From Candidatus Saccharimonadota bacterium (GTDB taxonomy: Bacteria; Patescibacteriota; Patescibacteriia; 2-12-FULL-60-25): 32,000 nucleotides of DNA. The first letter of the stretch is position 1. Every line of letters starts with the position of its first letter. The stretch is taken from positions 720,001 to 752,000 of the forward strand of contig OY970357.1 in assembly GCA_963718585.1 (NCBI GenBank), written 5' to 3'. The position numbers were made by a program, and so were the translations under genes. This document shows positions 15,739 through 23,730 of the stretch, piece after piece. The notes under the pieces are model-generated. The model did not search any database, was not told where the DNA came from, and was given only the letters and a program-made list of their open reading frames with translations.

Positions 15739-16187
15739 AAACGAACGATCCACCAGAATAAGACCCCCCAGCCGATCGTGGTGAGGAAAAGATCGACCGG
15801 GAACCATGCGTCCTCTTTCACGCCGAAGATCCCATGTCCTTCGATGGGGAGCAGAACGCCCCCGACAAAGACGGTCAGGACCACGCTCCATCCAAGGATG
15901 CTCAGCAGATGATATCCTGGGAAGATCCCAAGTTCTGCGAGATATGCGTATCCGCCACCGAAGATCGCAGAAAGGAGGATGTGCACGAGGATGCCGACGA
16001 AATGGCCTTCACGGCGCGTCACGGTACGTCGGAAGAGGCGCGGCTGATCGATATCACGGACAAAATTCCCAGCACCGAAGACGGGTGCGAGATGCGAAAA
16101 GAGCAGCATGATGACGCCGGCAATGGTCCCAGAAGCAAGTGCGATCAGGATCATACTAGGGTTGAAGCGCTTCGGCAGCGCTGCCAT
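15717..16187 (-). CDS. Four-helix integral membrane protein, unknown function
   Basis: 156-aa hydrophobic ORF (MILIALASGTIAGVIMLLF.., FVGILVHILLSAIFGGGYAYLA, LLSILGWSVVLTVFVGGVLLPI, LFLTTIGWGVLFWWIV). An alternative start at ATG 16154 abuts the upstream stop. Confidence 0.65.
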   Translation of the reverse strand: MAALPKRFNPSMILIALASGTIAGVIMLLFSHLAPVFGAGNFVRDIDQPRLFRRTVTRREGHFVGILVHILLSAIFGGGYAYLAELGIFPGYHLLSILGWSVVLTVFVGGVLLPIEGHGIFGVKEDAWFPVDLFLTTIGWGVLFWWIVRLWVVAAP

Positions 16188-17277
16188 TCACGCGGATCTC
16201 GATGTTGCGGGACGGATCTCCACGCTGAAGCGTTTTCGTGATCTGAGCGCGGATCGCGGTCACGCGGCAAGACCCGGCGACGGAGGAGAGACTGTAATCG
16301 AAATCCGCGACCGTCCCCGTGGCCGAGACCGTCAGGACCGGATCATTGACGTGTTCCGGCAGTTCGGAGGCATATCCCGCCGTCTGCTGATCGGCGGTCG
16401 GACCGACCACCAATGCATGCATGGCGACCGCATCCGCGTCGTCGACGCGTGCGACCGGATATGTGACCGGGTAGACCGTCTCGCAATGCAGAAGGTTCGG
16501 ATCCTTCTTCGTATTCACAAAGTACGCGGTCACGGTAGGCGCATTCACCTTTTCTGGCATGGCGAGCATCACGGGGATCGCGACCACATGGATCGGCGTC
16601 CCGTCTTTTGCAGACGCTTCATACACCAGCAATGTTCCGGAGGCCGACGTGGGGATGCGATCGTAGAATCCGGTGACCTGATACGGCCCGGGGATCCCGA
16701 CATCCGGACTATACACATAGAAGACCCCCTGACCGATCACCGTCCCATCCGTCTGGGTCAGCTTCCACGATGCCATGTTCTCGAACGCCGTCGTCGTCCC
16801 GGAAAAGAAGAACGGATTCGGCAATGCGACGCCGATCTCCCGTACCGGGACCGCGACCGTGTCCACGCCGTCAGTGGACACGAACGTCTGTGCGGATCCT
16901 GCCGACGTCGAGGTCGACGCCTTGCAGATCCCCGTCCCCTTCACGACATCCGTGCATGCGGTCTGCGCCGGGCACTGATCCGCGCCCGGCGTGCATTCAC
17001 ACAACGGAATACACACCTGCGCACAGACCGTCCCCGGCGGCTGATTGCGACAGAGTGATCCACAGTCATTCCAATGGCCACCCGCCGCTTCGCATGATGC
17101 TTGCTCGATCATCGTTCCGGAGGAGGCTGGCGGGGTCGCGGGTGTCGAGGTCGACGAGGCGATCGGTGCGGGTGTCACGGACGTGATGGAATGGATCTCG
17201 ATGTAAAAATACGCAAGAGAAGCCGCCGCGACACAGACGATGAGGAGTAAGGCGAACGCGCGCGGACCCTGGTTCAT
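16156..17277 (-). CDS. Anchored secreted protein with a Cys-rich segment, a Gmad2 Ig-like domain and a GerMN domain
   Basis: 373 aa. Anchor AFALLLIVCVAAASLAYFY, then a 12-Cys stretch (CEAAGGHWNDCGSLCRNQ..CAQVCIPLCECTPGADQCPAQTACTD). LPNPFFFSGTTTAFENMASWKLTQTDGTVIGQG is Gmad2-like. VTAYFVNTKKDPNLLHCETVYPVTYPV..MHALVVGPTADQQTAGYASELP is GerMN-like. Confidence 0.7.
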   Translation of the reverse strand: MNQGPRAFALLLIVCVAAASLAYFYIEIHSITSVTPAPIASSTSTPATPPASSGTMIEQASCEAAGGHWNDCGSLCRNQPPGTVCAQVCIPLCECTPGADQCPAQTACTDVVKGTGICKASTSTSAGSAQTFVSTDGVDTVAVPVREIGVALPNPFFFSGTTTAFENMASWKLTQTDGTVIGQGVFYVYSPDVGIPGPYQVTGFYDRIPTSASGTLLVYEASAKDGTPIHVVAIPVMLAMPEKVNAPTVTAYFVNTKKDPNLLHCETVYPVTYPVARVDDADAVAMHALVVGPTADQQTAGYASELPEHVNDPVLTVSATGTVADFDYSLSSVAGSCRVTAIRAQITKTLQRGDPSRNIEIRVNGSAAEALQP

Positions 17278-17281
17278 AGCA

Positions 17282-18139
17282 TTACGGATTGGGCATCACG
17301 ATGATCATCACCGGTTTGCCGGTCGGGACATTCCCATTGTTCCAGTCATGCGCCGCACCCATGAGTGCGTCGTAGGTATAGGTGAAATCGGCGCCATTAC
17401 GCGTGCCTGGATCGTTCGTGATGAACCGATCTGCGGTGTACCCCTTCACAACAAGCATGTGATACAGCGGTCCGCCGTTGCGGAAATTCGGATTCGGCAA
17501 TTCCTTTCCGGAAAACGGGATGATCACCGGATATCCGTTTGCGAGCGCGCGCTTGATCTGGTCCGGACTCTGGAGCGGAAAAACGAAGACATTCTGATAT
17601 CCGTAAAGATCTTTGATCCACTGCGCCGTCTCAGCCGCATCCGTATCTTTGTAATCTCCGAGTGTCTTATTCTCATACGCGACGACACGCTGGATGTCCG
17701 CGGTCGCCTGATCCGCCGGGATCTTTCCGGACACCCCTTTGTAGTAGGCATCTACCATGACCGCAGACGTCTCTTCGCACGCGTCCTGGAACGGCTCACC
17801 CCAGTCGCCGGTCGGCGCCTGACTCGTGAACGGCACGGGTAGATTGACCTCGGACGGAAGCGCTCCGCGGTCCGCGAGGGGGTCTGGTCCGGTCGGCGTG
17901 TGCGATGGACCCGAAACGAGGGTGTAATGCTCAGATGTCGCAACGCCGCCCTCGATCATGGACGTATCATCTCCCGCGAGCGAACCGGACGTATCGGTCG
18001 CAGGCGTGATCCGGACGGCCGGCGGGAGCTTCGGCTGATTCCACGCCGCCCAAAGATCCCGGACATCCGTCCGGAATGCATACCCACAGATGAGGAGGGC
18101 GACGAGCACGAGGATCGTCCCGATCTGCCACTTTTTCAT
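17282..18139 (-). CDS. Secreted peptidase_C39-like (C39_2) domain protein
   Basis: The MKKWQIGTILVLVALLICGYAF anchor favours a start at 18139 (track start 18157). VPFTSQAPTGDWGEPFQDACEETSAVMV contains the catalytic-Cys context of C39-like domains, and YHMLVVKGY..ITNDPG the His region. Confidence 0.7.
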   Translation of the reverse strand: MKKWQIGTILVLVALLICGYAFRTDVRDLWAAWNQPKLPPAVRITPATDTSGSLAGDDTSMIEGGVATSEHYTLVSGPSHTPTGPDPLADRGALPSEVNLPVPFTSQAPTGDWGEPFQDACEETSAVMVDAYYKGVSGKIPADQATADIQRVVAYENKTLGDYKDTDAAETAQWIKDLYGYQNVFVFPLQSPDQIKRALANGYPVIIPFSGKELPNPNFRNGGPLYHMLVVKGYTADRFITNDPGTRNGADFTYTYDALMGAAHDWNNGNVPTGKPVMIIVMPNP

Positions 18140-18145
18140 ATACGA

Positions 18146-18170
18146 AGCGTAGCGCATTTCGCGCTACGCT
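18146..18170. other. Perfect 10-bp hairpin between the PPIase and C39-like genes
   Basis: AGCGTAGCGCatttcGCGCTACGCT. There is no U-run on the minus (coding) strand, so it is not a clear terminator. It overlaps the alternative ATG at 18157. Confidence 0.5.
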
Positions 18171-18201
18171 ACAATGTTTTTCGTGGTTTGGCTCGACCTC
18201 A

Positions 18202-18894
18202 CTATTCGCTATCCGTGAGGGTCACCGAGGTCATCGTATCGCCGATCGCGATCTGCTTCACGACATCCATCCCTTTCACGACTTTCCCAAAGATGGAATA
18301 GGACGGCGGAAGCGGATTATCCCCGAGCATGATGAAGAACTGCGACCCGTTCGTGTTCGGTCCGGCATTAGCCATGGCGACGACCCCCTCGTTATACGAC
18401 ATGCTCACCGGGTCGTCGGCGAACTGGTAGCCCGGACCGCCGGTCCCGTCCCCTTTCGGGTCACCGCCCTGGATCACGAAACCCGGGACCACGCGATGGA
18501 ACGTCAGTCCGTCATAGAATTTGTGCTGAACGAGATAGACGAAGTTCGATGCCGCGTTCGGTCCCTCCTTCGGAAGGAGCTGGAACACGATCTCGCCCTT
18601 TGGGGTCTGGATGTGCACGTATTTACCTTCGGTCTCGGATGCCGGGAGCACGCCCGGGAAGTGGAGGGATTGGTCCATAGAGGTTGATTCGGTCGTGAGA
18701 GAGTGATCAGATGAAGTCGTCGTGGATCCTGCCGGTGTACCGGTCGATTCCGGAGCCGCAGGCGGTGGCGTCTGGACTGCAGCGGCGGGAGCAGCCGGGA
18801 CGGGCGCGGGAGCAGGAGCGGGAGTCGTCGCAGGCGCGCACCCGGCGCCGAAAAGGGCGAGCGTAGCGATGGCGGGAAGAATGATCTTTTTCAT
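18202..18894 (-). CDS. Cyclophilin-type peptidyl-prolyl cis-trans isomerase, probable lipoprotein
   Basis: MKKIILPAIATLALFGAGC is lipobox-like and is followed by an Ala/Pro linker. Cyclophilin core: FYDGLTFHRVVPGFVIQGGDPKGDGTGGPGYQFADD.., MANAGPNTNGSQFFI. Alternative start at 18912. Confidence 0.9.
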   Translation of the reverse strand: MKKIILPAIATLALFGAGCAPATTPAPAPAPVPAAPAAAVQTPPPAAPESTGTPAGSTTTSSDHSLTTESTSMDQSLHFPGVLPASETEGKYVHIQTPKGEIVFQLLPKEGPNAASNFVYLVQHKFYDGLTFHRVVPGFVIQGGDPKGDGTGGPGYQFADDPVSMSYNEGVVAMANAGPNTNGSQFFIMLGDNPLPPSYSIFGKVVKGMDVVKQIAIGDTMTSVTLTDSE

Positions 18895-19065
18895 AGGGTG
18901 AAAGGGTAGCATATGCGTTTACTCATCGTCAGGGCGGTCATTCGATCTGCATTCTCATAGCCTCAAAAACGATAAGACGCGAAGAGTTAGAACGAGGACA
19001 TTGCGAGGCGTACGAAGATGAAGGACGAACGATGGCCGGAGCGAAGATCCACGCAGCTCGCATTT

Positions 19066-20061
19066 TTATGGGGTTGTTTCCCATGGGAGACCTGCTTCTC
19101 CCGCATACCCCCACTTCGCCGCATCGAGGTTCAATCCGAGACGCCATTCTTCACGCATGAATCGATCCAATGACAGGGATCCCTTGGGAAGTTTTGATGA
19201 AAGATCGCCTCCGCGTGCATCACGTGCCTGGATCTGGCTGGGTTGATCATCTCCCGGAGCGTACAAAAGCTGGACCATCGCCGCGTCCGCGCCGTCTGCG
19301 ACCAGTTTCCGCGCAGCCGCGCGCGCGAGCCATGCGCCGCCTTTTTGCGGATGACGTGGATCAAGTCCGGCCATCGCTGCCGTTGCCGGAAGGAATGTGC
19401 CGTATGCCGGCGGCGTACGACCGGAGGCCCCGCTCGCCTGTCCAAGGCCACGCACATCATTCGGTCCGGCGGCGTTCGTGAAAACGTGAAGATCCTGTGT
19501 GATCGTGCGGACGAACGTCGCGATCAAATCACGCGCCTCTGCGAGATCCTTCGCCCCGTGCTCAACGTCAAGATACGCGGTCGTCGGAGCGGTCCGTTCC
19601 GCCGTCACCGTGACGGATGCATCCGGCCCCAACCAGAACCACGCTTCATCCGACTGCCGCAGTTCATCGAGCGTCTTCGCGATCCGCCGCGCGAGTGCGA
19701 CGGTCGACGGGATGTATTCGACCGACTCATGCGTCGCATAGCCCGTCACGAGTACCGGCTCGGTCGCTCCAAGCGCCGCACGCGCAGATTGGCCGGGAGC
19801 CACGCTCTCGATCGCGACGAACGGTTCCATGTCCGTCATGACGCCGAGCGACCCCAACGTCCGACGAACGACCGCTGACACGTCAAAATCCGCTGAACTC
19901 TTCACATCCCCCGACACGAAGATCGCTCCCCGTCCGCCATGGACGCCAATACGCGCACGACTCGCCGGATCGCGCTTCAAATATTCGTCCACGATCGCTT
20001 CCGCGATGAGGTCGCACGTTGCGTCCGGATGCCCCGGAAGACGGACGGTGGCTGAACGCAT
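19066..20061 (-). CDS. Divergent S-adenosylmethionine-synthetase (MetK)-fold protein lacking most catalytic motifs
   Basis: 331 aa, collinear with MetK. [23 protein letters not shown] aligns to [32 protein letters not shown] to [19 protein letters not shown] to WLRPDAKSQVT, and the C-terminus LPWE to FPWE. GAGDQG, GDxGLTGRKIIVDTYGG and GGGAFSGKD are not conserved. Confidence 0.65.
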   Translation of the reverse strand: [331 protein letters not shown]

Positions 20062-20104
20062 AGAGATTCGACCCTACCAGAGCTGAAGGTCCGATTCAAG
20101 GGGA

Positions 20105-20133
20105 TTGACCAAGACGGCATTCCATGCTACATC
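20105..20133 (+). promoter_or_regulatory. Candidate extended -10 promoter for the 20152 gene
   Basis: TTGACC (20105-20110), 17-nt spacer ending in TGc, TACATC (20128-20133). GGAGGA (20142-20147) lies 4 nt before the ATG. Confidence 0.4.
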
Positions 20134-20151
20134 CTTCGCACGGAGGAATGC

Positions 20152-20805
20152 ATGAGTGACGGACCTTTTGACCTCGTAGGATTCAAACATCTCATCTACG
20201 CCGAAGCGAAAGATCGTGACCTCGCAAAACGCGCGATCGTATTGATCAAGCCACTCATCACGGCGATCGACGACCGATTTTACGGTCCAGGACTCCCGAC
20301 CGACGTCCGAACCGAGCGACTCCTGAATGCATTGCGCGACTTCACCGGCAAAACGCAGGTCGCGGGCGCTCTCTTCAGTATCCAAGAACCGGTCCCCTGC
20401 CCCGCCTGGATGGACAGGGGGCAGTTCCGGAAGCGATTCGGGGCTGATGGATGGTTCGATCGACTGCGTGAAAGCCTCGCGTCTACCTTTCCGGATGAAT
20501 TCAAACGAGAGTTCTGGAGAGAGACGGTCAAACTCCCGAAGTCGCATTGGATCGTCGATGCGATGGATCAGCTCGACATCTCCAAGCTCGGATCCCTCGT
20601 CCTCGGCGGCGCCCATCGATCCGGTCTTTCAGACATCGTGTCGGCGAGTCTCCGACTCCCGATCACCGCCGCAACGGTCTGTGCCGTGAACGGGGATGCT
20701 GAACGACTCGATCGGTTGGCCGGGATCCTCAAGCTTCTCAAGGTCGCGATCCCGATCGGGATCAAAAGCGATGAAAACGACACGTGGACATGCCTCGTCG
20801 CGTGA
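20152..20805 (+). CDS. Hypothetical protein (217 aa), orphan plus-strand gene
   Basis: Preferred over the antisense 180-aa ORF (20074-20616). It has more host-like codon use (hand counts: TTC 8 vs TTT 3, about 17 CTC), a GGAGGA SD, a candidate promoter and an intrinsic terminator right after its stop. Confidence 0.6.
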   Translation: MSDGPFDLVGFKHLIYAEAKDRDLAKRAIVLIKPLITAIDDRFYGPGLPTDVRTERLLNALRDFTGKTQVAGALFSIQEPVPCPAWMDRGQFRKRFGADGWFDRLRESLASTFPDEFKREFWRETVKLPKSHWIVDAMDQLDISKLGSLVLGGAHRSGLSDIVSASLRLPITAATVCAVNGDAERLDRLAGILKLLKVAIPIGIKSDENDTWTCLVA

Positions 20806-20815
20806 ACAGTCCTCC

Positions 20816-20851
20816 GCCCCGTCCGCCTTTGGCTGACGGGGCTCTTTTTTT
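20816..20851 (+). terminator. Intrinsic terminator
   Basis: GCCCCGTC (20816-20823), 11-nt loop, GACGGGGC (20835-20842), then tcttttttt. It starts 10 nt after the TGA at 20803-20805. Confidence 0.75.
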
Positions 20852-20878
20852 GTCATCCTGTCTCGCCTCCGCCATCGG

Positions 20879-23056
20879 CTACAACTCATCCACGTCTTTG
20901 AGGAATGATGTCGGCGGCTTCTTGCCATTTCCGCTGGATGATTTCCACACCGTCTTCGAGGACCGTTCCCCATCACGACCGATCTGGATCGACGGTTCCT
21001 CATACCCCTCATCCCAGCTCCAATCAGAACGATCGACATCACCCGTGGCGCGGGGCCTGCGGGATGATCGACTGCCCTCTCCCCACTTCCCGCCTCCCTC
21101 ACGCACTTCCATTCGCTCTGTCAATCGCGGCGAGATCTCTTCGAGGAACAACGATGGCTGATTGAGCATCAACGTGTCATAACCGCTCGTGATGGGATAG
21201 GTCAGAAACAATCGCGTCCGCGCGCGCGTGACCGCGACGTAAAAAAGACGCCGTTCCTCCTCCAACCCCCCTTCTTCAGACATTGCGCGTCTGTTCGGGA
21301 ACGCCGAATCCGCGAGATGGATGACGAAGACCGTGTCCCACTCCAACCCCTTTGCCTGATGAATGGTCGTGAGCACGGTCCGCTCCTCTTCCCCGCCCGC
21401 CCCCTTATCTCGTCCGGCAAGAACGTCGTCATACAACGCAATGTCCGCGAGGAAGCCGGTCGCATCCTGATATCCCTCCGCGAAGATGACCAATTGTTCA
21501 AGATCTTCCTGCCGCTCACGCCAGTCCGGATACTCGCGTTCGAGATATTCCTGATACGCCGACCCCAAGACGGCACGGAGCATCGGACCGGGTTCAGGTG
21601 CATGACCGCTGACCGAAAGGGCGGTGTCGGCAAAAGAGGCCCAACCTTTCTGCGCGCGCGGCGGGACAAGCTCCGCCGGTTCCACGCTGGCGATCGCTTT
21701 GAGATCCGGGAAGGTGCGGATCCGCTCGACGAGCGCGGCAGCCGTCGCAGCACCGATCCCCGTCTGCATATTGAGGACGCGCAACCACGCAGCCTCGTCC
21801 TGCGGATTGTGATGGATCCGAAGATACGCGAGCGCATCCTTGATATGCGCGCGTTCGAAGAATTTCATCCCCCCGCGATATTCATAAGGGATGTCTCGTT
21901 TCAACAACTCGAATTCCAAAGCTTGGGAATGCGCGGAAGACCGGAACAGGACCGCCATGTTCCCGAGGGCCACGCCTTCGGCGCGCAGGGCAAGGAGCTG
22001 TTCTGCGACGAACGACGCCTCCTGTCGCGCGGACGAACACGGAACGACGAGCGGTCGCGCGCCCGTGGGACGGACCGCCGCGAGGTCCTTCTGGAACTGT
22101 TCGACGTTGTGCGACAACGACTCGTTCGCGAGATCCAGGATCTCCGGCGTCGAACGATAGTTCGTCAGCAGTTTGTAGATGGAGGTGTTCGGCCACCGAT
22201 CAGGGAATTGGAGGATGTTCTTCACGTCCGCGCCACGAAAGGCATAAATGGACTGCGCATCATCCCCCACGACCAAAACGTTCTGATGGACGGATCCCAG
22301 CGCTTCGACGATGAACGCCTGCAATGCGTTCGTATCCTGGTATTCGTCCACGAGCACGTACAAGAATTGATCCGAGATCCGTTTCCCAAATTCCTCCCGC
22401 TGCATGAGATTCACCCAATTGACGAGGAGGTCGTCGAAATCCATGGCATTCGCCGCTTTCTTCCGCTCGCCATACCGCTTCCCGATCTCTTCGATGTCAT
22501 CTGCGAAATCGAGGAAGTTCGGATGCTTGAGTTCAAGGACATCCGGGACGCTCGTCAACGTGTTGCGCGCAAAGCTGATGATGTTCTGGACCACCGCAGC
22601 CGTCGGGAAACGCCGCGCCTTCGGATCGATCCGCATCTCCTTCATCACGGCTTTGACGAGGCTCTGTGCATCGCTTTGATCCAGGATCGTAAAATTATTC
22701 GTGTACCCGAGGAGACGCGCATTCTTCCGCAAAAGACGGTTGGCGATCGCGTGAAAGGTTCCGCCCCATAGTCCCTTGGCATCCGGACCGACGAGTAGCG
22801 TCACCCGGTCGATCATCTCGCGCGATGCCTTGTTCGTGAACGTCAATAACAGGATCCGCGAAGGATCCACCCCCTGCTCTAACAGATACGCCACCCGATA
22901 CGTGACCGTGCGCGTCTTCCCGGATCCTGCACCTGCGAGGACCAGGCTCGGACCATCCGCGTGCAGGACCACGTTAAGCTGTTCCTGGTTCAGCTCCTGA
23001 TGATAATCGATCTTCCGGCGCCCACCAGACGCGCCTTGGAGGACAAAAACGGACAT
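20879..23056 (-). CDS. uvrD: UvrD/PcrA-type superfamily-1A DNA helicase
   Basis: 725 aa. Motifs: LNQEQLNVVLHADGPSLVLAGAGSGKTRTVTYR (Walker A), LLLTFTNKASREM, VLVDEYQDTN, VVGDDAQSIYAFRGA, TNYRS, TIHQAKGLEWDTVF, RRLFYVAVTRAR. A ~90-aa low-complexity basic/acidic C-terminal tail follows. Confidence 0.93.
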   Translation of the reverse strand: MSVFVLQGASGGRRKIDYHQELNQEQLNVVLHADGPSLVLAGAGSGKTRTVTYRVAYLLEQGVDPSRILLLTFTNKASREMIDRVTLLVGPDAKGLWGGTFHAIANRLLRKNARLLGYTNNFTILDQSDAQSLVKAVMKEMRIDPKARRFPTAAVVQNIISFARNTLTSVPDVLELKHPNFLDFADDIEEIGKRYGERKKAANAMDFDDLLVNWVNLMQREEFGKRISDQFLYVLVDEYQDTNALQAFIVEALGSVHQNVLVVGDDAQSIYAFRGADVKNILQFPDRWPNTSIYKLLTNYRSTPEILDLANESLSHNVEQFQKDLAAVRPTGARPLVVPCSSARQEASFVAEQLLALRAEGVALGNMAVLFRSSAHSQALEFELLKRDIPYEYRGGMKFFERAHIKDALAYLRIHHNPQDEAAWLRVLNMQTGIGAATAAALVERIRTFPDLKAIASVEPAELVPPRAQKGWASFADTALSVSGHAPEPGPMLRAVLGSAYQEYLEREYPDWRERQEDLEQLVIFAEGYQDATGFLADIALYDDVLAGRDKGAGGEEERTVLTTIHQAKGLEWDTVFVIHLADSAFPNRRAMSEEGGLEEERRLFYVAVTRARTRLFLTYPITSGYDTLMLNQPSLFLEEISPRLTERMEVREGGGKWGEGSRSSRRPRATGDVDRSDWSWDEGYEEPSIQIGRDGERSSKTVWKSSSGNGKKPPTSFLKDVDEL

Positions 23057-23094
23057 GGCCGCATCGTAGCGGATACGCCCGCGTGTCGCCAGTT

Positions 23095-23121
23095 AAAAAA
23101 ACCGCCTCCATCAGGAGGCGG
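23095..23121 (-). terminator. Intrinsic terminator of the 23142-23609 gene
   Basis: Minus strand: CCGCCTCCtgatGGAGGCGGttttttt. 8-bp stem, 20 nt after the stop. Confidence 0.8.
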
Positions 23122-23141
23122 GAGAGGTCTGCGACGGTCCG

Positions 23142-23609
23142 TCAGGCAGGATTCGGGAGGAAGCACTCCATACAGTACCGCGCCATGCGATCGGCGGTCC
23201 CGTAGGCATCGCCGTTGGTGAGCGAGATGCCATCATGCTTTTCCGTCAACGACTCGAAGGGCGACAGGAAGGACTCGAGATCCTCACCATCGTACGTCGC
23301 CGCATACGACCAAAGGGTCCAGCAGTCGGCCTCGGGATCGTAGGTAAGCGTCGCGCCGTAGCGCGCCCCGTCTTCCCCACAGAGGGACAGCGTCATCTCA
23401 GCCGTGACGTCGGCCGCAAGCGTTGACGACGCCGATGGCGCAGTCACGAACCACGTCAGCCAATCGTCCTCGTCATTGAACGTCTGCGTGAAGGCGAATC
23501 TCCCGACATCATGATCCTCGAAAGGATCGAGACCGTATTTCAACGCAATCTCCGTGAGGCGGACGAACTGCTCCGTGGCGTTCTTCACTCGTTGTGTGTC
23601 ACCCAGCAT
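23142..23609 (-). CDS. Hypothetical acidic protein (155 aa)
   Basis: Start placed at ATG 23609 (GGGAGG 6 nt upstream); the track begins at GTG 23660. MLGDTQRVKNATEQFVRLTEIALKYGLDPFEDHDVGRFAFTQTFNDEDDWLTWF.. is Asp/Glu-rich, has no TM helix and no motif I recognise. Confidence 0.6.
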   Translation of the reverse strand: MLGDTQRVKNATEQFVRLTEIALKYGLDPFEDHDVGRFAFTQTFNDEDDWLTWFVTAPSASSTLAADVTAEMTLSLCGEDGARYGATLTYDPEADCWTLWSYAATYDGEDLESFLSPFESLTEKHDGISLTNGDAYGTADRMARYCMECFLPNPA

Positions 23610-23684
23610 GTCAGACCTCCCTTGGGTTAAAGGACGATCCGACGCTGCCACGATCTTCACATCCCGTCAAGATATGGGGGGGGT

Positions 23685-23719
23685 AAAAAAAGTCCCGCCT
23701 CTCCTGATGGAAAGGCGGG
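23685..23719 (-). terminator. Intrinsic terminator of the 23731-25029 gene
   Basis: Minus strand: CCCGCCTttccatcaggagAGGCGGGacttttttt. 7-bp stem, 12 nt after the stop. Confidence 0.75.
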
Positions 23720-23730
23720 AACGGAGTGCG

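Noticed and set aside
18913-19065. 153-bp AT-richer intergenic region, checked for a tRNA, small RNA or promoter
   Set aside because: There is no tRNA-like T-arm or acceptor pattern, no convincing -35/-10 pair and no stable hairpin. I left it unannotated.
20062-20151. Possible SAM riboswitch upstream of the MetK-like gene
   Set aside because: Only 90 nt are available, and they are largely taken up by the divergent promoter and SD of the plus-strand gene. I saw no SAM-I/II-like conserved helices.
20074-20616. 180-aa acidic minus-strand ORF between the MetK-like gene and uvrD
   Set aside because: The antisense 217-aa plus ORF has better codon bias (TTC and CTC preference), an SD, a promoter and a terminator. 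The minus ORF has no SD and uses more CTT/TTT/GAT. I cannot fully exclude it without comparative data.
21317-22771. 484-aa plus-strand ORF
   Set aside because: It lies entirely antisense to the well-supported UvrD/PcrA gene. Its composition is Arg-rich and low-complexity, so I treat it as a shadow frame.
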